From: Rickettsiales bacterium
GTDB lineage: Bacteria > Pseudomonadota > Alphaproteobacteria > Rs-D84
DNA: 64,000 bases
Direction: 5' to 3'
NCBI GenBank assembly: GCA_031265235.1
Contig: JAISCX010000029.1
Coordinates: 19,137 to 83,136, forward strand
Shown piece by piece: positions 17,370 to 26,489 of the stretch; position 1 is the stretch's first letter; every line of letters begins with the position of its first letter. A program made the translations under genes and the position numbers. The notes under the pieces are model-generated. The model did no database searches. It was given only the letters and a program-made list of their open reading frames with translations, and was not told the origin of the DNA.

Positions 17370-20162
17370 ATGAGAAAAATTCTTATCTTTTTATCTGCCA
17401 TGTCGATTTCCGCGCATTGTCTGGCCGCGGCGCAAAATCCGCGCGCCACGACCGCCCAGCCGCGCGCGGCCGCGACCGTGGCGACAACTGCGCGCAATGC
17501 CACGGAACGCCCGGCGACAGCGGCCGTTTCCGCACGAAGCGCGGCCGTTGCCACACGCGCCGCGGCAACGGCGGCGCCAACCAACGCCAGATCTGCGAAA
17601 AACAATGCGACCGCACCCCGCGCGGCAACAAACAGCGCCGTGCGTACCGCACCTCACGCTGCACGCGAAGTTGTCGGAACCAACATCGCGGCGCGCGCGG
17701 CGTTGGTTCCGACAACTTCGACAATGGGCGACGGGTATAACGCATGCCGCGATGTTTACTTTACATGCATGGATCAATTCTGCGCGGCCAAAGACGACGT
17801 GTACCGCCGCTGCATGTGTTCCGGACGCTTGGATGAAATCCGCGAAAAAGAACGAAAGCTGAAACAATCCGCCGGACTTTTGCAAGACTTTGCGGAATAC
17901 AATATCGATGCGATTACCAAAACCGCCCAGGAAGTCGCGGCAATGCTGAAAGCAACGCCGGGCGAATACGCCGCGGCGACCGGGCAAAAATACGACAAAT
18001 CCGACGCCACGAAAAATCTTGCCGGAATTTCAAGCGTTTTGAATAATGCGAAATCTCAGTCCCTGTCCACCAAAGGCACCCTTGACATCGCCGGAAACAT
18101 CAATGCGATCTGGTCTTCTTCGGACTTGATAGGCAGCGGCGATATCGCGAATCTAGAAGGCAGGAAACTTTACGAACAGGTTCACGCCCAATGCGCGTCC
18201 ATATCGGCTGACGCATGCCCGCGCACCCCAACAATGAACATGGTCGTCAGCGCATACGGCATGTATATAGAACAGGACTGCAACGTAATATCCGCCGCAC
18301 TGGAAGGGAAAAGAATCCAAACCGCGGGCGACGTCCGCAAGACAGAACGCGTGATGAGCGAGGCGCGCCTGGAAAATTACAACGTCCACAATTCCGCGGC
18401 AGTCAACGAATGCATCGCCCAGGTTCGCAAAGATATCACCGAAGATCCCGCGTGCGGCCCGGAATTCGTCCATTGTCTGGATGTCACCGGCATGTATTTG
18501 GTATATGCCACGGGGGAACCGATTTACAGCCCCAGCTTTTTCAATCTTGAAAATCAAATTTCGCTGACCGGCGATACTCTAAGCAATTCGGCAAACAGGC
18601 TTTTCGTGTCGCTGTTGGAAAAGAACAAGGAATTCGCAAAGCGCGGGCTGGACACTTGCCGCGACATATCGGCGGACGTATGGGATGAATTCATGCGCCA
18701 GGCTTTGGTCGAAATATACCAGGGCCAGCAAAACCGAATCCGTGCGGTCAAAGATGAATGCATATCCGTCGTTAACGAATGCTATGACGCGCAGACGCAA
18801 AAGTTAAAGGACTTTTCAAACATGGACCGCCAATCCTTGCTGGGCCAAACTATCGAAACAGCCGAAGCGATGTGCAAGACAAAGCTTGACGCGTGTTCCA
18901 ATCTTTACGGCGGCGCAAGCGGATTGAAAGAACTGACGGATTTTGTGTTCAACGTAGGCAGCTTGAAAGTATCCGAATCTTGCGAGAAATATCTGGACCA
19001 ATACATTCGCAACATCTGCACTTTAAAGTCTGACACATTGCACGGATTCCCGTATGACTGCCGCATTCGCAAGCCGGGTTCGTATGTCTGCGAACAGTCC
19101 GGCGCATCATCGGATGATTGCAGCAAGGATTCCGTATACGCCCAGCTGGCGAAATACGCGCGTGAAAACTGTGTCCGGCCCAGTGTCCAGCCAGAAGATC
19201 CGCTGCCGTCCGTCGTCCAAACCGCGGTCAACCGCATTATGGATACCACGAAACGCGAAATGGAAAAATTGCTGCGCGCGGAATGCAAAAACGTATCCGG
19301 CGATTGGACGAATGATTTGGATAAACGTCCCAAAGACGATTCCACTGAAATTTTATCCGTATCGTTCGCGCTTGATGTTAATGCGGACCATGACTGGGGC
19401 ATATGTTTGGCGAACAGCTGCGACCTGGCCAATTCCGGCGAGAGATATACGGATGAATACGGCATACAGCAATGCTGTGCAAATACGGATTCGTATGACC
19501 CTGCTTCAAAGACATGCGTCGAAAAAGATGTAGCCATTTGCATCAGTTACGGCGACCATATCATAGTGGACACCAGTTGTTCGACACAGGGGAGACACGG
19601 CGACGACCATGGATGCGTGGTAAAAGATTGCAGATGCGATGATGGTTATCAGCTAGACGTTCCGGAAGAACCAAATACACCAGTGTCTTGCATACTGCGG
19701 CAATGTCCATCCGGATCGGACGATGCCACAGATTGCCCGGCCCCCAATGGTGCCAACGGGGAACTGGCCGGATGCGTGAAAAAAGATTGCAAATGCCAAA
19801 GCGATCACATAATAGATATTACCAACGGTGTGCGGGCATGCAAGAAAGTGGAGTGTGGAAGCGCATCATCATTTGATGCAACTTGCACGGAAGCGAATGG
19901 GGGAGATGAATACCTGCTCGGGGGCTGTTTCAAACAGTTTTGCAGATGCGACACAGATGCATATAAACAAAATAATTATAATACATGTCGCGCCACAGAT
20001 TGCCCCGACCACTCTCATGCCGAACAAGCTTGTTTGTCTAGCCCCGGAACAACAACTAATTGTCTTACTGACAAAAATGGTTGTAAATGCGATGATGGAT
20101 ACTCGGTAATGCTCCCTGATGGAGACTATGGATATCGCATGGTATGCCAATCTGATGTTTAA
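17370..20162 (+). CDS. secreted cysteine-rich protein, paralog family member P3 (930 aa), with N-terminal Ala/Thr/Arg-rich low-complexity region and C-terminal Cys-rich tandem modules
   Basis: Signal peptide MRKILIFLSAMSISAHCLAAA, then about 100 aa of A/T/R-rich low complexity. Family motifs are NACRDVYFTCMDQFC...CMCSG, ACGPEFVHC and CKTKLDAC. The C-terminal 250 aa carry repeated CxC...DGYQLD / GCVKKDCKC / GCKCDDGY modules. Confidence 0.8.
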   Translation: MRKILIFLSAMSISAHCLAAAQNPRATTAQPRAAATVATTARNATERPATAAVSARSAAVATRAAATAAPTNARSAKNNATAPRAATNSAVRTAPHAAREVVGTNIAARAALVPTTSTMGDGYNACRDVYFTCMDQFCAAKDDVYRRCMCSGRLDEIREKERKLKQSAGLLQDFAEYNIDAITKTAQEVAAMLKATPGEYAAATGQKYDKSDATKNLAGISSVLNNAKSQSLSTKGTLDIAGNINAIWSSSDLIGSGDIANLEGRKLYEQVHAQCASISADACPRTPTMNMVVSAYGMYIEQDCNVISAALEGKRIQTAGDVRKTERVMSEARLENYNVHNSAAVNECIAQVRKDITEDPACGPEFVHCLDVTGMYLVYATGEPIYSPSFFNLENQISLTGDTLSNSANRLFVSLLEKNKEFAKRGLDTCRDISADVWDEFMRQALVEIYQGQQNRIRAVKDECISVVNECYDAQTQKLKDFSNMDRQSLLGQTIETAEAMCKTKLDACSNLYGGASGLKELTDFVFNVGSLKVSESCEKYLDQYIRNICTLKSDTLHGFPYDCRIRKPGSYVCEQSGASSDDCSKDSVYAQLAKYARENCVRPSVQPEDPLPSVVQTAVNRIMDTTKREMEKLLRAECKNVSGDWTNDLDKRPKDDSTEILSVSFALDVNADHDWGICLANSCDLANSGERYTDEYGIQQCCANTDSYDPASKTCVEKDVAICISYGDHIIVDTSCSTQGRHGDDHGCVVKDCRCDDGYQLDVPEEPNTPVSCILRQCPSGSDDATDCPAPNGANGELAGCVKKDCKCQSDHIIDITNGVRACKKVECGSASSFDATCTEANGGDEYLLGGCFKQFCRCDTDAYKQNNYNTCRATDCPDHSHAEQACLSSPGTTTNCLTDKNGCKCDDGYSVMLPDGDYGYRMVCQSDV

Positions 20163-20243
20163 TAAAGCAACCTGCGGGAAAAATAATTTCTCGTATTGAA
20201 CTATACGCTTTTTTCTGGTAAAATCCTTAGATAAGAGAGATCC

Positions 20244-20981
20244 ATGCTAAAAACCAAACTGTTTGCTTTTTACTTTTCGTTTTTTGTTTTCTGTTCCGCA
20301 GCCCAAGCGGCAACGCCCTGGTGGCTGCAGCCTACTATTTGCCAGCTCAGCCCGACGAAATGCTATCCGTCTATGGGCGCGGGATTCGACGCCGGCATGT
20401 GGGACGCGAATGCAAACTGTTGGGGAATGAAAATAATTTGTCCGGATGCCTTTTCAACCGGCTCGCATAACGACCCGGCACCTGTTTCCAAAACGACTCT
20501 CATGGCCGGCACCGGAATAAAGGTGGATTTTGACACGGATTTGTTCTTTGCGGGTGACGGATGCTATGGCGCGCGGCGGACAGCCGGGGGCGGCGCATAC
20601 GCGCTTGTAAACGGGACCCAGGCAAAGATTTATTGTGCCGGCGTATTGCAGAATCCGACGGAAACATTGACGAATGGAGAAATCACCACAGGCCCCCAGC
20701 CAACGTGCGCACAGCTTGCCGCGGACGGGTGGGTCGCCGTGCAGAATGGAAATTGCTTTGGCAAACAGTATTCCGCGAATGATTATTTCATAGAATGCGG
20801 AAACGACGCGTCCGATCTGCCGAACAGAATTGTCGCGATCCGCGGCGCCAGCAGCTTTGTGACGGGCGGCGCCGGCAATTCCGGCGGCAGCACGCCGTCA
20901 ACGCAATCAGCGGCGAATTCATTGTTTGACCTGATGATCCAGGCATCCGCCGCGCGCAAATCAACGCAATTTAATCAATAA
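20244..20981 (+). CDS. hypothetical secreted protein
   Basis: Signal peptide MLKTKLFAFYFSFFVFCSAAQAA. 245 aa with Cys, Gly and aromatic residues and no known motif. Confidence 0.5.
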   Translation: MLKTKLFAFYFSFFVFCSAAQAATPWWLQPTICQLSPTKCYPSMGAGFDAGMWDANANCWGMKIICPDAFSTGSHNDPAPVSKTTLMAGTGIKVDFDTDLFFAGDGCYGARRTAGGGAYALVNGTQAKIYCAGVLQNPTETLTNGEITTGPQPTCAQLAADGWVAVQNGNCFGKQYSANDYFIECGNDASDLPNRIVAIRGASSFVTGGAGNSGGSTPSTQSAANSLFDLMIQASAARKSTQFNQ

Positions 20982-21012
20982 CCAGTGGGTTCTGCGATTT
21001 TTACACATACCG

Positions 21013-22037
21013 ATTGCCAAAAAATCGGTAATTATACGACTAGCTACGCAAGAAGTCAAAATGCCAAATCCTAATGTATAAAATCTGCTGCTGAAATTTG
21101 CGTCTAAATTTAAAGAATAACGGATTTCGGCGCCTTTAAGGTTGTAACTAAAAATCCTGTAATGTAAATGCTTGCCCTGTAATGTTGGCAAAAAACCTTC
21201 TGTCACCGCGACTTTACCACTTTGGCAATAGCAAAAAACTTATTAATGCCGGGCCATTCTTCATCAGGCTCTTTATATTTCTTCATAACTGTAAAGCCGG
21301 CATCTTGTAATAAACCTTCAATTTCCTTTTGCGATACTACATTCAAGTCAGTTAGCAACTTTGGATCAAAAGTCTCGGGGAATGATATTTCGCCGGAAAC
21401 ACCTTCCGCCATGCCAAGAAAGAGAAAGCCGTCTTTGTTTATGATTTTGTGAATATCCATAAGACACTTTGGAACTTTGTTCTTTGAAATGCAGCAAAGT
21501 GAGTTTCTTGCAACAGCACAATCGAAAGAATTCTGCGGGAAATCCAATTTCTCAATATCTTGTTTAATAAAATTGGCATTGGAATTTTTTGCTTTCGCAA
21601 GTTTCAACATCTCGTCGGACAAATCAACACCCGTAACATCATGACCAAGATTTGACAGATAAACAGCATTATTGCCAGGTCCGCAACCTATGTCTATAAT
21701 TCGCGACTTTGGTTTTATATGCTTCGCAAATTCATCAATGTGTTCGGAGGTCCCTATGGCCCCGTCATAAGCTTTTGCTATCGAATTATATAGTGAAATA
21801 ATTCTTTTTCTGTTCATAAGCTTGAGGCTATCACATAATTTATGATTTGCAAGTTGTGTGAAAAACAGCAGATTTTTAGCTGACATTACTGTTTTCGCAT
21901 TACATTACGGTTTAATTATTTACAATCTTGAAATATGCAGAAGTCCGCTGTTTTTATAAAAAAACCACGAATTACCGGCGACTAGATGTCGATTTTAGAT
22001 GTTTGCGTAGCTATCCGTATAATTGCCAAAAAATCCC
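21013..22037. mobile_element. about 1-kb inverted-repeat-flanked single-gene cassette (methyltransferase cargo) adjacent to tRNA-Arg; putative mobile or foreign insertion
   Basis: Outer inverted 22-mers TAATTATACGACTAGCTACGCAA (21029-21051) and TTGCGTAGCTATCCGTATAATT (22003-22024), plus ATTGCCAAAAAATC direct repeats. Inner inverted repeats with GTAATGT motifs at 21156-21189 and 21882-21910 tightly bracket the CDS. Cargo GC is well below the local average. Confidence 0.4.
21203..21886 (-). CDS. class I SAM-dependent methyltransferase
   Basis: Motif I IIDIGCGPGNNAVYL and motif II DCAVARNSL. 227 aa, AT-rich codon usage. Confidence 0.75.
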   Translation of the reverse strand: MSAKNLLFFTQLANHKLCDSLKLMNRKRIISLYNSIAKAYDGAIGTSEHIDEFAKHIKPKSRIIDIGCGPGNNAVYLSNLGHDVTGVDLSDEMLKLAKAKNSNANFIKQDIEKLDFPQNSFDCAVARNSLCCISKNKVPKCLMDIHKIINKDGFLFLGMAEGVSGEISFPETFDPKLLTDLNVVSQKEIEGLLQDAGFTVMKKYKEPDEEWPGINKFFAIAKVVKSR

Positions 22038-22077
22038 TTGATTTTTGTCGGGAATGATATAAAATGCCCCCTGGCAA

Positions 22078-22154
22078 GCGCCCATAGCTTAACTGGATAA
22101 AGCATCTGACTACGGATCAGAAGACTGAGGGTTCGAATCCTTCTGGGCGCGCCA
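22078..22154 (+). tRNA. tRNA-Arg (anticodon ACG)
   Basis: Cloverleaf: acceptor GCGCCCA/TGGGCGC, D-arm GCTT/AAGC, anticodon stem TCTGA/TCAGA with loop CTACGGA, T-arm GAGGGTTCGAATCCTTC, 3' CCA encoded. Confidence 0.9.
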
Positions 22155-22403
22155 AAAATTGTTGTCACGCATATGTTTTTCACAAATTCATTCGCAATAT
22201 TTAACATTGCTTTCCTTTCATATATCCTTTGAAATATTTATGGTTCAAAAAGCGGCGAAAATATGATAGAATTCTCATCAGAGAATACAATAATGAATTT
22301 CAGATCGCTTTTTTCCGCCCAGGTTCCCAGTGCGTTTGTTTTCAGCACGCACGGTTTTTGCACCATGGCCAATAACGTTAAAATTGCTGGATCCCGCGGA
22401 AAC

Positions 22404-22456
<53 letters not shown>

Positions 22457-22554
22457 TCATCTTGTCCGATAACCGGCGCAAGTAAATTTTTCAGCAAATT
22501 CATAACACCCGATACGGCAAAGGCTGTATCGAGTGTTTTAATTGTGATAAAGAA

Positions 22555-22965
22555 ATGAATACAGGCAAACTGTTCACAGCAATATTCGGCGCCATGGTCT
22601 TGGCCGCGGCCGGCAACGCGCATGCCGCGCCCCAGATCAAATACAATTATAACGGAACCAATTATTCGGCCGAGACGGACGCGAACAAGGTAAAATCAAT
22701 ATCCGGCGGCGGCACGGGAATCACCGCGGCCGCAACGGACGACCAGTATCCCAGCGCCAAGGCGGTAAAGGACACTTTGGACGGCGCGGAACAAGTCGGC
22801 AACCGCGCGACCGATGTCGGCGATTCCACAACCACGACGACATATCCGACAACCGGCGCCGTGCGAAGCGCACTGAACGCGCAATTTGTTCAAAAATCAA
22901 ACGAAGCCGAGGCCGCCGCATATTCCGCCGCCCATCCAAATGTCTTGGTTTACATACCAGAGTAA
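22555..22965 (+). CDS. small secreted protein (136 aa)
   Basis: Signal peptide MNTGKLFTAIFGAMVLAAAGNAHA. Repeated YPSAKAVKDTLDG / YPTTGAVRSALN motifs. Confidence 0.5.
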   Translation: MNTGKLFTAIFGAMVLAAAGNAHAAPQIKYNYNGTNYSAETDANKVKSISGGGTGITAAATDDQYPSAKAVKDTLDGAEQVGNRATDVGDSTTTTTYPTTGAVRSALNAQFVQKSNEAEAAAYSAAHPNVLVYIPE

Positions 22966-22974
22966 TTCGTTTTC

Positions 22975-24036
22975 ATGTCAATGGTCGAAAATCTTATAAT
23001 TGCCGCAATAATACCTTTATCCGGAATAGAATCCGGCGGCAATATTCTGACGGTCACAGGTTCGAATTTTCCATATCATTCTATCAACAGTTATGTTTCC
23101 GACGGATTGGTCGCCCATTATGACGGGATCGACAACCAAGGCCTGGGGGATGAAAACCATTCAACCGACACGCTGGTTTGGAAAGACCTGTCCGGAAACA
23201 ACAACAACGTGACGTTTAGCGGCGCTTTGGGAAACGCCAAATGGACGGCCAAAGGATTCAAGCTCGGCGACAACCGCTTTTTCCAAAATACCGCATTGAA
23301 CATGATTGGTCTGCCGTTCGGGAACGAAAGCTATACCATCGAACTGGTCTGGGATCCAAGACAAAGCAAGAATCTTGGTGATGGCGGTTTATTGGGATGG
23401 GGATGCAATGGCGCCGGCAGCCAGACAAACAATACACGCTTTCTGAATGCGACGTTAACGAATCAATGCTTTCGCCATTATTGGTGGTCCAATGATTTCG
23501 ATTTTTGCGTCCCGACGTCCGACAATCCCGTTCGAAACATTGCCATAACATATGACAATACTGTCGGGCGCCGCGGTTATTTCAACGGCGTTCTCTTCGG
23601 AACCAATTCCAATAAAAACAAAAACACGTGCACGTCCGGCGGATTCTATATCGGAAAAACAACGAATAACGAATATGCGACCGGCACTTTGGTTTTTTCA
23701 ATCAGAATTTACAACCGCCAGCTGACGGATGCGGAAATTGCGCAAAACCACGCCATCGACAGCGCAAGATTTCAAAATCTGCCCGTTGTAAAAATAGGCG
23801 AAAATCTTTGCGACGATCTGAAGTTGCTGTCCGACACCAAAATGACCTGTATCGTTCCGGCCGGATCAGGAACAAACGACATAACCATGGGCTATGGTGG
23901 CGATGAAAACGTCATTATCGGCGCATACAAGTATATTATAAAAAACCTGTGGCATTCCGTCTATTCAATACGGAAAATATTCATCCAGGGAAAATCCGTA
24001 AAGAACATGTTTATCAGCGGCCGCAAGATATTCTAA
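22975..24036 (+). CDS. IPT/TIG plus LamG-like (concanavalin-type jelly-roll) domain protein
   Basis: N-terminal IPLSGIESGGNILTVTGSNF (IPT-like). Central AHYDGIDNQG...WKDLSGNNNNVTF...KGFKLGDN pattern typical of LamG/ConA-like lectin domains. C-terminal IPT-like KMTCIVPAGSGTNDITMGYGGD. 10-bp spacing from the preceding gene suggests an operon. Confidence 0.5.
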   Translation: MSMVENLIIAAIIPLSGIESGGNILTVTGSNFPYHSINSYVSDGLVAHYDGIDNQGLGDENHSTDTLVWKDLSGNNNNVTFSGALGNAKWTAKGFKLGDNRFFQNTALNMIGLPFGNESYTIELVWDPRQSKNLGDGGLLGWGCNGAGSQTNNTRFLNATLTNQCFRHYWWSNDFDFCVPTSDNPVRNIAITYDNTVGRRGYFNGVLFGTNSNKNKNTCTSGGFYIGKTTNNEYATGTLVFSIRIYNRQLTDAEIAQNHAIDSARFQNLPVVKIGENLCDDLKLLSDTKMTCIVPAGSGTNDITMGYGGDENVIIGAYKYIIKNLWHSVYSIRKIFIQGKSVKNMFISGRKIF

Positions 24037-24068
24037 GGCCCGCGCACTTGCCTTGATTGCCCCGCAGG

Positions 24069-24716
24069 TCATGACTTTCGGACAATGTGCAGCCGGCCAT
24101 TGTGCCATTGGGCGATAAAAACATCGTCCGCATTCTTTATCTTTTTTTCTTTCAGCTTTTTCTTCAGCCACGCGTCGTTCTTTTTAATATCGCGCAGTGC
24201 CTGCTCGTCAACTATGCCGTTGTCCATCAGAACTATGGAATAATTCTGGTCGCCCTTTTTTACAACCGTCAGATCGCCGCCCGGCTCTATCTGCGCCATT
24301 TTGACTTCGGTTAATGAATGTATTTTCTGGCGGCGCAATGCGGCCGCGATTTCATGCGCGGACAAATTCAGCCGATTTATCATTTCTTCGTCCACCTTGC
24401 CGTCCTGTATTATGATCTTCGGAGAACCTATCAGCAGACGCTGGCCCCAGCCCGTCTTTTTTGTGACAAAGGTAACGACATATACCATCGCGATATAAAT
24501 AGACATTATTATGAAAAAATTGAACGTCGACAGCCTGTCGTTCGTTATAAATCCGCCAAGTATCGCACCCAGGATAAAGTTGATGATCAAATCCAGCGCC
24601 GTCATCTGTTTCAGCTGGTAATTCATGCCAAAGATTTTTACAAAGATCAAAATTACCAGAAAGGCGCTTAGCAATTCGACAACCCGTGTTCCGTAATAAG
24701 ATAAAATTTCTTGCAT
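24069..24716 (-). CDS. DUF421 (YetF-like) membrane protein
   Basis: N-terminal TM helices and C-terminal LLIGSPKIIIQDGKVDEEMINRLNLSAHEIAAALR segment, resembling the Bacillus YetF/YdfS family. Confidence 0.55.
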   Translation of the reverse strand: MQEILSYYGTRVVELLSAFLVILIFVKIFGMNYQLKQMTALDLIINFILGAILGGFITNDRLSTFNFFIIMSIYIAMVYVVTFVTKKTGWGQRLLIGSPKIIIQDGKVDEEMINRLNLSAHEIAAALRRQKIHSLTEVKMAQIEPGGDLTVVKKGDQNYSIVLMDNGIVDEQALRDIKKNDAWLKKKLKEKKIKNADDVFIAQWHNGRLHIVRKS

Positions 24717-24795
24717 AAATTTTCCCCTTTTATGCAGATGATTTTACCATGTTAACGGATTTTTTTGCGGCGGATTGAATTCCCAATTTTTTATG

Positions 24796-25044
24796 CTATA
24801 AAATTATTATTTGCTGCCAAAGAAACGCTGTCGGAACATATGTTTGGTAATAATTTACGACTTTTGTCTTGGTTTTTACCCTGACGTATGCCGGCGCATG
24901 ATTGAAAACCCGGGGCCGTTTGTCGCATTTATTGTCCCGCGCGGCGCAATTATTATAAGTAAAGCCCCCGTCATAACGACAAGACGCATGGGCGGATGAA
25001 AACGCGAAAGCAACAAACAACACAGCAAGAATCATTTTTTTCAT
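24796..25044 (-). CDS. small secreted cysteine-containing protein
   Basis: Start taken at MKKMILAVLFVAFAFSSAHA (signal peptide). About 82 aa. Cys pattern C-x10-C-x6-C. Confidence 0.4.
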   Translation of the reverse strand: MKKMILAVLFVAFAFSSAHASCRYDGGFTYNNCAARDNKCDKRPRVFNHAPAYVRVKTKTKVVNYYQTYVPTAFLWQQIIIL

Positions 25045-25173
25045 TTGAACCCCTTTTGGCTTTAAAAAATGTAGCACTATATTATAAATAGTCAAGAATT
25101 ATATAAAAACATAACAAATATGCTTGCATTTTGCCGTATGCAGGGGTATATTGAGGCAAAATAAAGGATTTCT

Positions 25174-25500
25174 ATGTTTTCCGTTCTTCTTACATTGCTT
25201 ATAATTATCGCCGTTATGATGATCGGCGTGATATTATTGCAAAAATCCGAAGGTTCCGGCATGTCAGGCAGCAGCGCCGCCAGCATGTTCGGCGGCGCGC
25301 TGACGGGCGCATCGGCGGGAAACTTTCTGACCCGGGCGACCGCTGTTCTGGCCACTATATTTTTTATCTTGTGCGCGGCGCTGGCGATCGTGGTTGCCAA
25401 AACGAACAAAGCGGCCCAAGAATCCGAATTGCGCCAGGAACTGGTCGCGCCATCACAGACCGCGCCGATCCCCGCCCCGGTAACAGTTCCGGAAAATTAA
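25174..25500 (+). CDS. secG: preprotein translocase subunit SecG
   Basis: MFSVLLTLLIIIAVMMIGVILLQKSEGSG...FGG is the SecG consensus with two TM helices and Gly-rich loops. Confidence 0.8.
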   Translation: MFSVLLTLLIIIAVMMIGVILLQKSEGSGMSGSSAASMFGGALTGASAGNFLTRATAVLATIFFILCAALAIVVAKTNKAAQESELRQELVAPSQTAPIPAPVTVPEN

Positions 25501-25527
25501 AATCCGCCGTCCGGCGGATTTTTTTAA
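25499..25527. terminator. bidirectional rho-independent terminator (secG and ankyrin operon)
   Basis: AAAATCCGCCGTCCGGCGGATTTTTTT, identical to the module at 16917. Confidence 0.7.
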
Positions 25528-26489
25528 CAGCCTAATTCTTTCATTATATCAGCCCTGACTTGATTCGCTTTTGCTTGCGCGCAAACGCTCCGCCCCCAGC
25601 TGTCCTTGTCATCCAATCTCGCGCCTTTCTCTTTTAATTTTACCACAGCATCCTTGCATTCGTAATATGCCGCCTCTCTTATAGCAGAAAATCCATAAGT
25701 TCCTTTGCTATTCACATCAGCGCCATTATCTATCAAGAAATTTATGAAATCCATATTACAATGCCGGGCTGCAATAAAAAGCGCGGTCCCCCTGGCAGAA
25801 TCTTGATAATCTATTATATCAGGGTGTTCTGTTATCAAATTTTTTGCTTCTTCAAACTGCTTTGCAAACACTGCATCAATCATTTGTTCCGATACAGGTT
25901 TTTCTTCTTTTGGGGTATTTGATGATATTACTTGCTCAACATTTGCTGTATTTTGTTCACATGCAAACATCTGACGAATTTGTCCGCTTCCGTCCGCCAA
26001 AGTGCAATGCATGATTTTCGTAAAACCATTTTCTCTGGTTACTATTTCGCTACGATCATTGGTGCAAGTTATATTCGGTGTAAATTTGGGGCCCAATTCT
26101 CGATTTACATATTCTTCACTTAAAAATTCGCATGCTTTTGCGCCTTCGTCTATCAAATTCTGTGCGATCACATTTTCATCTGATTCATTTTGATTTTCCT
26201 GATCACCGCCGGAACCAAGCAGACCGTCCGCCCCAGGAATAGCCCCGCCCAATGTGCTCAATAAATTATTATCGGTGACGGCGCCGGTAACTTGTTCAAT
26301 AATACCGCCAGCGTTCTTAGCCGCGCAAACGCCTTTGCTTTCATCATATTTTTTTTCCTTTAATTCGCACACAGCTTCTGTATGTTTTTTCAAAATTTTA
26401 TCCGCTTCCTCTATATCAACCGCAGCCGCATGCGCGACGCTGGAAAGCGCAAAGGTAAAAATAATAAAAGAAGCAATCTTTTTAAACAT
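25524..26489 (-). CDS. secreted ankyrin-repeat protein
   Basis: Start taken at MFKKIASFIIFTFALSSVAHA (signal peptide). The C-terminal half has 3-4 ankyrin repeats (GTALFIAARHCNMDFINFLIDNGADVNSKGTYGFSAI...). TGATG stop/start overlap with the upstream gene. Confidence 0.7.
   Translation of the reverse strand: MFKKIASFIIFTFALSSVAHAAAVDIEEADKILKKHTEAVCELKEKKYDESKGVCAAKNAGGIIEQVTGAVTDNNLLSTLGGAIPGADGLLGSGGDQENQNESDENVIAQNLIDEGAKACEFLSEEYVNRELGPKFTPNITCTNDRSEIVTRENGFTKIMHCTLADGSGQIRQMFACEQNTANVEQVISSNTPKEEKPVSEQMIDAVFAKQFEEAKNLITEHPDIIDYQDSARGTALFIAARHCNMDFINFLIDNGADVNSKGTYGFSAIREAAYYECKDAVVKLKEKGARLDDKDSWGRSVCAQAKANQVRADIMKELGC

Noticed and set aside
17383-17987. Overlapping ORFs on both strands (107-198 aa, Arg/Ala/Gly-rich) across the 5' end of P3
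   Set aside because: They are produced by the GC-rich low-complexity leader region. They have no start context or motifs. The plus-strand frame continues into the conserved Cys-rich core.
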